Program-made: the position numbers and the translations under genes | Part shown: positions 56,953 to 64,000 of the stretch, piece by piece | How positions within the stretch are numbered: the stretch's first letter is position 1 | Layout: each line of letters starts with the position of its first letter | Virus record (IMG/VR): IMGVR_UViG_3300009126_000404 | Location: 32,001-96,000 of that record | Strand: one strand, 5' to 3' | Origin: a virus | Length of the DNA: 64,000 nucleotides | The notes under the pieces: model-generated | The model's input: only the letters and a program-made list of their open reading frames with translations | Databases searched by the model: none | Told to the model about the DNA's origin: nothing

Positions 56953-57198
56953 TTATACTTCTTTAGATAAACGAAAAAGCATTGCCTGTTCTTCCTCAAA
57001 CAGTAAATAAACTTGAACAAATGCACTTTGGTCGACACACGTATCAAAGTCTTTATATCTACTAGTTTCAGTAAATATTACTCTTTTAGGTTGATATTCT
57101 TTTACTAATTGCTGTACTTGTTCTATTGTTCCTGAGACCTTGTATGATATTTGCTCTCCAAAGTATTCTAAACTTTTATCAATTTTTATTGGCCTCAT
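56953..57198 (-). CDS. Small hypothetical protein (FEEEQAMLFRL motif)
   Basis: 81 aa; C-terminus resembles that of 24177-24533. Confidence 0.65.
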   Translation of the reverse strand: MRPIKIDKSLEYFGEQISYKVSGTIEQVQQLVKEYQPKRVIFTETSRYKDFDTCVDQSAFVQVYLLFEEEQAMLFRLSKEV

Positions 57199-58144
57199 TA
57201 CACAATATATTCGTTAAAAAATCGCTTCTAGTAATTATTTTCAATCTATCTTTTGTATCAGCTTTAACAAATATATCATGGAACTCTTCGAGTAATTCGA
57301 GGTTCGGTGAAATCTCTAAGCTGTCACATACGTATTTATAGTATTCAGTACCGGTATTAACATTAGCTGTTAACTCATTTACTTCAAATAATATGACATT
57401 GCTTATCTCTGAAAAATCGTCAATATTCCCTACTGACAAAAATTCTTTGGTGAAAAGGTTTACACCTTCTTCTATTGTGTAATCAAGACCACGCTCTAAC
57501 GCCATATTACATAACGCAATTGGCTTGTCCTTGATAAAGTTGGCTGCCTGACTAGGCTTCCGATGTGATATTTTTCTCCCCATTTTAGACAAAAACATAT
57601 CAAATGATGTATATGTATCTTGATCTAAATTATAACGGAAAGTTAACTTTCCTAGATTATCTTCATTAATAATAGTGGTATTATCTGGATTATACCTAAC
57701 ATTATGATCATATATGTATAATGGGCGTGGTTGCTTTGTAAAATACATACATTGATTAGGGTGTTTAGTTGCTAAGTTACCTATTTCGACACTACCAGGT
57801 AAACAAAATTTAAAATCACTATTTAATATAGGTTCATTTTCTATATCTGTACAATCACTTAATAATTCTTTTAATAATTCTAAATAATTTTCGTGGTTTA
57901 TTGTGTCCGCATAATTAGGTAATAAATTAACAATACCAACTACTCTCTCTGCATTCTGATCAGCATTGCTAATCATTAGCTCTTTATTTCTATATAGAAA
58001 GCATCTTTGTTCTGCTATTTCATTTAGGTGTTGTGGGAACGCTCCTACCTCTTCTGAATAGGTCAATAAGTGTTGTAATATACTTGATTGACCACATGTA
58101 TCTTTGTAGTTTACATTAAGTAAAAGGTTAGGTATTTTTTCCAT
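57179..58144 (-). CDS. Hypothetical protein
   Basis: 321-aa ORF coupled to the clamp loader gene. Confidence 0.75.
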   Translation of the reverse strand: MEKIPNLLLNVNYKDTCGQSSILQHLLTYSEEVGAFPQHLNEIAEQRCFLYRNKELMISNADQNAERVVGIVNLLPNYADTINHENYLELLKELLSDCTDIENEPILNSDFKFCLPGSVEIGNLATKHPNQCMYFTKQPRPLYIYDHNVRYNPDNTTIINEDNLGKLTFRYNLDQDTYTSFDMFLSKMGRKISHRKPSQAANFIKDKPIALCNMALERGLDYTIEEGVNLFTKEFLSVGNIDDFSEISNVILFEVNELTANVNTGTEYYKYVCDSLEISPNLELLEEFHDIFVKADTKDRLKIITRSDFLTNILCNEANKN

Positions 58145-59063
58145 TTAGTGTTCTTGCAATTTCTACCATAGTAGCACTTAGATTAATCTCTGGATCTGCT
58201 ACTTGAGTATGTTTAATCATACCCTCTCTAATTGCTAGTACACAACTATCATATTGGAAATTATCATTAGTATACAAATCTAAGTTTCTGTATAACCATG
58301 TAAATATCTCATTGTACTCGTCTGCTCTAGCACTTCCAATAATAAGTTTACGTGCATCTTGTATTTTTCCTTCTTTGAATAATTCTACCATTTTAACACG
58401 CCATTCTGCTGTATTACTACCATCTTCTGGTAGAGTGAGCTCATTATCAATAACACTCATTTGTACTGTATTAATAGTTTTACGTAAATCAGGATAATTA
58501 GCACGAACCATTGCATCTAATGTATCTATATCAAACTTAACATTATTTTCTGCTAAAATTTCACCTACTCTAACAGTAAAATCAGTTTGATCTAATTGTT
58601 CTATATGGAATCCTTGACATCTACTATGCAATGCTGGAATAATCATGTTGGGCCAATTACAAGTTAAGATAAACCTTACACTTGCATGATATTGTTCCAT
58701 TACACCACGTAATGCCGCTTGACCTTCTGGACTAATATGATCGGCCTCATCAAGTAGAATGATCTTAAAGTCACCCCATGGCATAGTTTCACTAAATGCA
58801 CTAATTCTTTTACGAATCATTTCAACACCGTTATCACGACTCGCATTAATATACAGTACATCAGCACCTTCTACTTTAAGTTCTGATATAAGTACCTTTG
58901 CTAGTGTTGTTTTACCTGTACCTGGACTACCACTAAAAAGTAAATGTGGAATGCCTCCATCATCTATCCAACTCTGTACTTGTTTACGTTGTGAATTGTC
59001 TCTAAAGACATATTCTTCGACCTTATTCGGTCTATACTTCTCAACCCACAAATCAGTTGCCAT
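58128..59063 (-). CDS. Sliding-clamp loader small subunit (RFC/T4 gp44-like AAA+)
   Basis: WVEKYRP, GSPGTGKTT, INAS..NG, ILLDEAD, SRC motif. Confidence 0.93.
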   Translation of the reverse strand: MATDLWVEKYRPNKVEEYVFRDNSQRKQVQSWIDDGGIPHLLFSGSPGTGKTTLAKVLISELKVEGADVLYINASRDNGVEMIRKRISAFSETMPWGDFKIILLDEADHISPEGQAALRGVMEQYHASVRFILTCNWPNMIIPALHSRCQGFHIEQLDQTDFTVRVGEILAENNVKFDIDTLDAMVRANYPDLRKTINTVQMSVIDNELTLPEDGSNTAEWRVKMVELFKEGKIQDARKLIIGSARADEYNEIFTWLYRNLDLYTNDNFQYDSCVLAIREGMIKHTQVADPEINLSATMVEIARTLNGKNT

Positions 59064-59066
59064 TAA

Positions 59067-59579
59067 TTATTCCTCTTTTTGCTTGGTATATTTAATATTC
59101 ATTGTTTCATATTTCTCAAAAGGTTGATGAATCCAAGGTGACCCTTTTAAGTAATCTACTGCATAATATGGTTTAAATTTTGATACTGCTTTTGACCATA
59201 TAACCGCTGTTCTAACTTCTTCCATATAAAACCCATAATAATGTTCAAGCCATTCGAGAGTTTTCTCAAGTGTTACACCTGAATCTGCTAAATCATCTAC
59301 TAATAAAACTCTTGAACCTATATTAGGTGTTGTTTTTGCAAGATCTCTGCTAAATGTAATACCACCTTGCTTATCTTTAATACCTGTACCGCTGTATGAT
59401 TCAACTGAAATTATTGCTAATGGTACATCAAAAATACGAGCTAGTACATCTCCCACTCTTAGTCCACCTTTTGCTATACAAACTATTTGATTAAAGTTAT
59501 ATCCATCAGTATGGATTTGCATTGCTAACTCTTCTACTTTTTTATTATATTCATCCCATGTCACATATAAATCTGCCAT
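59067..59579 (-). CDS. Purine phosphoribosyltransferase (type I PRTase)
   Basis: IAKGG, VLLVDDLADSGVT PRPP-binding loop. Confidence 0.88.
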   Translation of the reverse strand: MADLYVTWDEYNKKVEELAMQIHTDGYNFNQIVCIAKGGLRVGDVLARIFDVPLAIISVESYSGTGIKDKQGGITFSRDLAKTTPNIGSRVLLVDDLADSGVTLEKTLEWLEHYYGFYMEEVRTAVIWSKAVSKFKPYYAVDYLKGSPWIHQPFEKYETMNIKYTKQKEE

Positions 59580-59588
59580 GTCTATCTC

Positions 59589-59729
59589 CTACAATAGTTT
59601 ACCTATTTCTATTCCAACAACTAATCCGATTCCACCAACCAGAAGTAGCATCATTTGATTTAATTGTTTATGAATCTTACGAATTTTAGTCATTGTATTA
59701 TCTAAATCTTTAAATTTATCTTCAGTCAT
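59589..59729 (-). CDS. 46-aa coiled-coil plus C-terminal TM protein (absent from the ORF track)
   Basis: AAGGAGAGG RBS; MTEDKFKDL...LLLVGGIGLVVGIEIGKLL. Confidence 0.65.
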   Translation of the reverse strand: MTEDKFKDLDNTMTKIRKIHKQLNQMMLLLVGGIGLVVGIEIGKLL

Positions 59730-59743
59730 ATACCTCTCCTTAG

Positions 59744-59923
59744 TTAAATTATGCCGTTTTCCCAATTCTCAGCACAATCTTCTGCGTAACGTTTACTATG
59801 ATCACCCATTGATCTTTCTTCTACCAATTCGTCACCCACATACATTTTTACAACATAATGTGTTTCTTCAACTATTACTGCCTTACGATCTTTTGTTTTA
59901 AATTTTATTGGTCCAGTTTTCAT
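59744..59923 (-). CDS. 59-aa hypothetical protein (absent from the ORF track)
   Basis: MKTGPIKF...HSKRYAEDCAENWENGII; ATGA-type overlap with the upstream gene. Confidence 0.65.
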   Translation of the reverse strand: MKTGPIKFKTKDRKAVIVEETHYVVKMYVGDELVEERSMGDHSKRYAEDCAENWENGII

Positions 59924-60147
59924 TTCTTATTCCCTTTAAATAAACCTGGAAATACTTTTTCTATAAGTTCCATCATACCCATAATTGCAACTACTGCCCA
60001 ACCTACAGGGCCTGCAAAAAATAAATATGTAAATATTTGCCATGTTTTTGCATCTTTGCCTACAGTTCTTTTAGCAATCATCATAGCAATTATGAACCAT
60101 AACAACATTGCACTCACAATACATATAACTTGAAAAATTAATTCCAT
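59920..60147 (-). CDS. Small two-TM membrane protein
   Basis: 75 aa hydrophobic; AAGGA RBS. Confidence 0.7.
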   Translation of the reverse strand: MELIFQVICIVSAMLLWFIIAMMIAKRTVGKDAKTWQIFTYLFFAGPVGWAVVAIMGMMELIEKVFPGLFKGNKK

Positions 60148-60157
60148 ATTCTATTCC

Positions 60158-61126
60158 TTATACTTTCTGTGTAAACAAACTGCTTACACTCTCTTCGTTT
60201 GATACTCGCCTAATGGCTTCACCAAACATTGTTGCCACACTTACCATTCGTGTTTTCTTACAATCATTAGGACATCTAAAATCAATACTGTCCGTGATTA
60301 CTAATTCTTCCAATACACTTTTCTCAACTCTTTGACATGCTTCACCAGTTAAAACACCATGTGTAATATATGCTCTTACACTTAATGCACCAGCATCTAT
60401 AATTGCCTTTGCCGCATTACATAATGTTCCACCACTGTCAACAATATCATCAACTATTACTGCATGACAATCTTCCACGTCACCAATAATATTCATAACT
60501 TCACTAACACCCGGTCTAGCTCTACGTTTATCAACAATAGCAATATCTCCACCAAATACTTCAGCGAACTTACGAGCTCTCATAGTACCGCCTGCATCAG
60601 GTGAAACAAATACTGTTTCGAGGTTTTTTATACTAGTTTTTTCTTTCATGCCAAAGGCTTTTTTAATATCCTTTGCAAATGAAATTCTACTAGTTAAGTC
60701 GTCTACAGGAATATCAAAAAATCCTTGGATTTGCCCTGCATGTAAATCCATTGTAAGTATTCTATTTGCACCTGCTTTAGTTATTAAATTAGCAATAAGT
60801 TTTGCTGTAATTGGTGTACGACTTGCACTTTTACGATCTTGTCTAGCATATCCGTAATATGGTATCACTGCGGTAATACGTTTAGCACTACTACGTTTAG
60901 CGGCATCAATCATAATTAATAATTCCATTAAATTATCATTTGCTGGTGCACTAATTGATTGTATTATAAAAACATCTTCACCACGTATATTTTGTAAAAA
61001 TTCTACACTACTTTCGCCATCTGCAAAGGCTTTGATTTCTGCAGGAACAAGGGTCGCAAAACAATACTCGGCAATTTTTTCTGCCATTACTATATTACTA
61101 TTTCCGGATATTATCTTTATTTTCAT
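60158..61126 (-). CDS. prs: Ribose-phosphate pyrophosphokinase
   Basis: FADGE, IPYYGYARQDRK, MDLHAGQIQGFF, VSPDAGG, IVDDIVDSGGT. Confidence 0.97.
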   Translation of the reverse strand: MKIKIISGNSNIVMAEKIAEYCFATLVPAEIKAFADGESSVEFLQNIRGEDVFIIQSISAPANDNLMELLIMIDAAKRSSAKRITAVIPYYGYARQDRKSASRTPITAKLIANLITKAGANRILTMDLHAGQIQGFFDIPVDDLTSRISFAKDIKKAFGMKEKTSIKNLETVFVSPDAGGTMRARKFAEVFGGDIAIVDKRRARPGVSEVMNIIGDVEDCHAVIVDDIVDSGGTLCNAAKAIIDAGALSVRAYITHGVLTGEACQRVEKSVLEELVITDSIDFRCPNDCKKTRMVSVATMFGEAIRRVSNEESVSSLFTQKV

Positions 61127-61148
61127 TTAAATTCCGTTTTATTATATT

Positions 61149-61177
61149 ATAATACTATAAATTATATGATTTGTCAA
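61149..61177 (-). promoter_or_regulatory. Sigma70 promoter for prs
   Basis: Minus strand TTGACA-N17-TATTAT. Confidence 0.75.
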
Positions 61178-61186
61178 TAAGATTAA

Positions 61187-61828
61187 TTAATAAGTGTCCA
61201 CAATGGCATCTGCGATTCCGTGCTTAACAGCTTCTTCTGCCGTTAACCAAACGTCTTCAGCTGGTAGTAATATCTCACGTATTTTCTTTTCAGTCATGCC
61301 AGTACATTTTTTATAATGTTCTACCATACGTTTTGATGAAAGTTCAAACTCTTTGACACGTGCAAACAATTCATGTTCTTTACCACCTGAACCCCAACTA
61401 TATTGATGTGATAATATACTTGTGTTTCTTGTTAGCACACGCTTACCTTTTTGTCCTGACATAAATGTAAGAATTCCACATGATGCAATCATTCCTAAGC
61501 CTACAGTTTTAATAGGTAGTGCTGAGCCTTTCATTACATCAATTAAACCAAATGCGGCATGTACACTACCACCTGGGCTATTAATAATAAGGGTAAGCAT
61601 TTTCGGACGTTCGCTATCCGGTAGTAAATTCTTTTCTATAATCCATGCCACTACTGGCTTGGTTGATTCATATGTAAAATTGTCGGCAAAATAATAAATG
61701 CCTGATTCGTATAATACCTGTCCTGGTTGTTTTGGTGGCATCGGCAATGAATTAGGTTGAGCACCACCACCTTCTTCTAATGCTTGTCCCATTTCTCCAA
61801 TTGCTTTATGTAATTTTTCAATATTCAT
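61187..61828 (-). CDS. clpP: ClpP-family serine protease
   Basis: INSPGG, GMIASCG (Ser), ILSHQ (His), EDVWLTA.EA (Asp). Confidence 0.9.
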   Translation of the reverse strand: MNIEKLHKAIGEMGQALEEGGGAQPNSLPMPPKQPGQVLYESGIYYFADNFTYESTKPVVAWIIEKNLLPDSERPKMLTLIINSPGGSVHAAFGLIDVMKGSALPIKTVGLGMIASCGILTFMSGQKGKRVLTRNTSILSHQYSWGSGGKEHELFARVKEFELSSKRMVEHYKKCTGMTEKKIREILLPAEDVWLTAEEAVKHGIADAIVDTY

Positions 61829-61831
61829 TTA

Positions 61832-62203
61832 TTATCCTCTCGTTGTGTCGCCCGATGGGCGTTTAGGAATCACTTTACCAGTAACCTGTAACTTTTCATC
61901 ATCCATTGGATTAGTTTCTGATTCTAGTAGGCAATCCTCATTGTCTAGCAAGTAAAGTTTTAAATCATCATCTACTTGCATTCCGTTACTCCAACGTCCA
62001 TGATCAACAAGGACGTACTTTCCTTTTGTAATCCAATCGATGTCATTTCCTACACTGTATACTTTAAACCAACGTGGCCTTACAGCATTTTCTTGTCCAT
62101 CATTTTCAGTAATGATAATCCCACCTGCAGTTTTTTTCTCACCCGGTTTGTCTACCATCTCTGCTAAGATTTTATCTCGCATTGCTCTTATTACTCTAGT
62201 CAT
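61832..62203 (-). CDS. groES: Phage co-chaperonin GroES (Cpn10)
   Basis: RAMRDKIL, KTAGGII mobile loop, VYSVG...G.YVL. Confidence 0.8.
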   Translation of the reverse strand: MTRVIRAMRDKILAEMVDKPGEKKTAGGIIITENDGQENAVRPRWFKVYSVGNDIDWITKGKYVLVDHGRWSNGMQVDDDLKLYLLDNEDCLLESETNPMDDEKLQVTGKVIPKRPSGDTTRG

Positions 62204-62214
62204 GTTCCCTCCAA

Positions 62215-62637
62215 TTACTGATTAATATCTTCCATACTACCATCACTGTACTCTACTTCAAAATATTGAGTACCGTCATCTCTAGTACGTCCTCTACGAC
62301 TTACTTCTGTAACTGGTTCTTTTGTTTTTGGTGTTGCTTTTGCTTTTGGTGTTGCTTGTTTCTTTGGAGCTGGTTTAGGTGGTTCAACAGTTTTCTTCTT
62401 TTCTGCTACTGTTTCATCTTCCTTAATGCTAATTTTTTCAGTGTCTGCTCCAGGTACATTATCTTTATAGAACTCTTTTGAAATCTTCTCTCTGGAGATA
62501 GTAACATTTCCTCTATTATCAATAATATCACCTCGAGCATTCATATTTAAATTGCTTACAGCTCTTGTGTCTTCGTGTTTCGCTGCCAGAGCACCCATGT
62601 CTAACATGCGACCCTTGGCGGTTTTAACTCTTTTCAT
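62215..62637 (-). CDS. Hypothetical phage protein
   Basis: KTAKGRMLDM..L...NARGD; K/P/A-rich linker; GGAGGG RBS. Confidence 0.8.
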   Translation of the reverse strand: MKRVKTAKGRMLDMGALAAKHEDTRAVSNLNMNARGDIIDNRGNVTISREKISKEFYKDNVPGADTEKISIKEDETVAEKKKTVEPPKPAPKKQATPKAKATPKTKEPVTEVSRRGRTRDDGTQYFEVEYSDGSMEDINQ

Positions 62638-63140
62638 TTTAAAAACTCCTTGATATCAAGTTCGTATTTAATGCTGTCTATATGATGTATACCCAGCAAA
62701 TACAGACAGTAACTAGCTACACTACTGCCTCTTCCTACACCTAATACAATGTTATTTTTTTCACATGTCTCTACTAAGTATAGTAAAAATTTCAGCACAA
62801 TAATCATACCGCGTTTTTCATATTCAATAAGTTCGGTATAAACCCTGTCACGTTGTTGTGCTGATGTACAACGTTCCATTAACCATTCTTGTATATTTAT
62901 AGCCATATACTCGTTTGGCATATTCCATTTACGCAAACAATCTTCTACATATGTACTAGTTGTATTTTGCGGTTTTGCGTCAATAAACTGGTCTAAATCA
63001 AATGATTGGCACCATTCGTTATATATATTTATTGGTTTTGTATCTTCTACTACAACATCTGTTACATTGTTGCCAGATAACCACCCTTTAATAATATCCT
63101 GCTCAGATACTACATATTGCTTGTTTTTATTCATTTGCAT
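62634..63140 (-). CDS. dnaE: Stand-alone fragment of DNA polymerase III alpha (DnaE)
   Basis: R...EL..Y...G...VGRGSSVAS..LY.LGI..ID..KY.L...EFL; ends before the catalytic PDIDxD motif. Confidence 0.8.
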   Translation of the reverse strand: MQMNKNKQYVVSEQDIIKGWLSGNNVTDVVVEDTKPINIYNEWCQSFDLDQFIDAKPQNTTSTYVEDCLRKWNMPNEYMAINIQEWLMERCTSAQQRDRVYTELIEYEKRGMIIVLKFLLYLVETCEKNNIVLGVGRGSSVASYCLYLLGIHHIDSIKYELDIKEFLK

Positions 63141-63152
63141 TCCACTATTATA

Positions 63153-63542
63153 TTACTTTTTCTTGTAAAAGTCAAGTATTTCATCTATTGATTTAGCCTT
63201 ATATGCGGCAAGTATCTTTTTTACGTCTGCTTTAGGCTTAGCCTTAAAATCAGCAAGTATTTTATCTACATTTGGGTTAGTTACAAGATCAGGAGGTATT
63301 GCTATTTCACCTAATTCTAAAACAGTACCATCTTCTTTTTCATTTTTCTTATACGCTTCACTTTCAGCTAATTGCATTTTATGATCTCTGATTAATGCTA
63401 TAAAAATATTAATCTGATCAATAAGTCCTTCTCCCATATGAGCCCTACTAGCCGCTAATACTCTTTTAAGCATTTGCTTCTCAAACTCAATGGTTTCTTC
63501 TAGGTTTAAATCTTCAAGTGGTTTGCCTTTGTAATCTATCAT
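63153..63542 (-). CDS. Hypothetical protein with duplicated KILA.(F/Y)KAK motif
   Basis: 129 aa; VDKILADFKAK / VKKILAAYKAK. Confidence 0.7.
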   Translation of the reverse strand: MIDYKGKPLEDLNLEETIEFEKQMLKRVLAASRAHMGEGLIDQINIFIALIRDHKMQLAESEAYKKNEKEDGTVLELGEIAIPPDLVTNPNVDKILADFKAKPKADVKKILAAYKAKSIDEILDFYKKK

Positions 63543-63545
63543 AAT

Positions 63546-63998
63546 TTAAATATTAGCATATATATCATCATGCACTCTTTGTACATAATCATTCCAATTA
63601 GCCAACGGTTGTTCATCTAAAAACTCTAACATTAGTTTATACTCTTTTTCATCATTTGTCAATATTTTTCCAATATCTACGTAATGAACTGGAACACTTG
63701 ATTGTTCAAGATAAGGCTTTAGTTCAATACCTTCTCTAAAACAATTAAAGTTGCCATATAAATTTTCTTTCCATTCTGGCCTAATTACAGGCATTCTTTT
63801 TAACATTTTATCCATTAGTATTCCTGATTCAGAAGTAACTACAATAACCTTTTCACATTGTGTATCTTTTAGTAATTGTTCATATTGCTCTTCATATTTG
63901 TGTAAACAATGTGCTGGAAATATTTTTAAATTAACTTTACCTTTTTGTGGAGGAGTAAAAGAATCTCCAATTGTCCATTCGCTACCTAAAACACCGTA
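63546..63998 (-). CDS. 5'-truncated hypothetical protein
   Basis: The frame of the listed 89-aa ORF stays open to the window end (YGVLGSEW...GILMDKML), so the real start is outside the window. Confidence 0.7.
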   Translation of the reverse strand, partial: YGVLGSEWTIGDSFTPPQKGKVNLKIFPAHCLHKYEEQYEQLLKDTQCEKVIVVTSESGILMDKMLKRMPVIRPEWKENLYGNFNCFREGIELKPYLEQSSVPVHYVDIGKILTNDEKEYKLMLEFLDEQPLANWNDYVQRVHDDIYANI

Positions 63999-64000
63999 GT

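Noticed and set aside
62634-63140. Split-intein DnaE as in cyanobacteria
   Set aside because: No intein N-terminal (C/S-start block A) sequence follows the DnaE part.
1-64000. Alternative genetic code (TAG/TGA reassignment)
   Set aside because: Long standard-code ORFs tile the window, and TAG/TGA end genes cleanly at coupled junctions.
1-64000. tRNA, rRNA, CRISPR array, integrase or transposase
   Set aside because: Intergenic gaps are under ~170 bp with no cloverleaf or repeat-spacer pattern; no recombinase motifs were recognised.

Overview
An AT-rich (about 30% GC by eye), densely coding 64-kb segment of a large tailed dsDNA bacteriophage (jumbo type). The host is probably a marine alphaproteobacterium, inferred from the MetK and Prs sequence style. 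Viral origin is supported by a T4-like RNase H, a clamp-loader subunit, a phage-type GroES, a stand-alone DnaE fragment, MoxR/vWA and many short hypothetical ORFs. No rRNA, tRNA, CRISPR array, integrase or transposase was seen. Positions 1-54271 are almost all + strand; 54268-64000 is - strand. The main feature is a ~28-kb tailoring-enzyme island (about 26.2-54.3 kb). It holds 15 radical SAM enzymes, 12 of them with an N-terminal twitch Fe-S domain. They are interleaved with an amidinotransferase, a PLP enzyme, an SDR, an ABM monooxygenase, three Fe/2OG-type oxygenases (one Kdo-hydroxylase-like), an SGNH-like protein, a sulfotransferase-like protein and an MTA/SAH nucleosidase. MetK, QueD/QueE, a UDP-sugar dehydrogenase and a halogenase lie upstream. 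The substrate of the island is unknown. Other notable items: a MotA/ExbB plus ExbD/MotB-like membrane triad; a perfect 14-bp hairpin that hides the RBS of an htrA gene just after a T4-late-like TAAATA box; a terminator-promoter-operator cassette found twice on opposite strands; split radical SAM genes; and five proteases. All functional calls come from motif recognition only; no database search was run.
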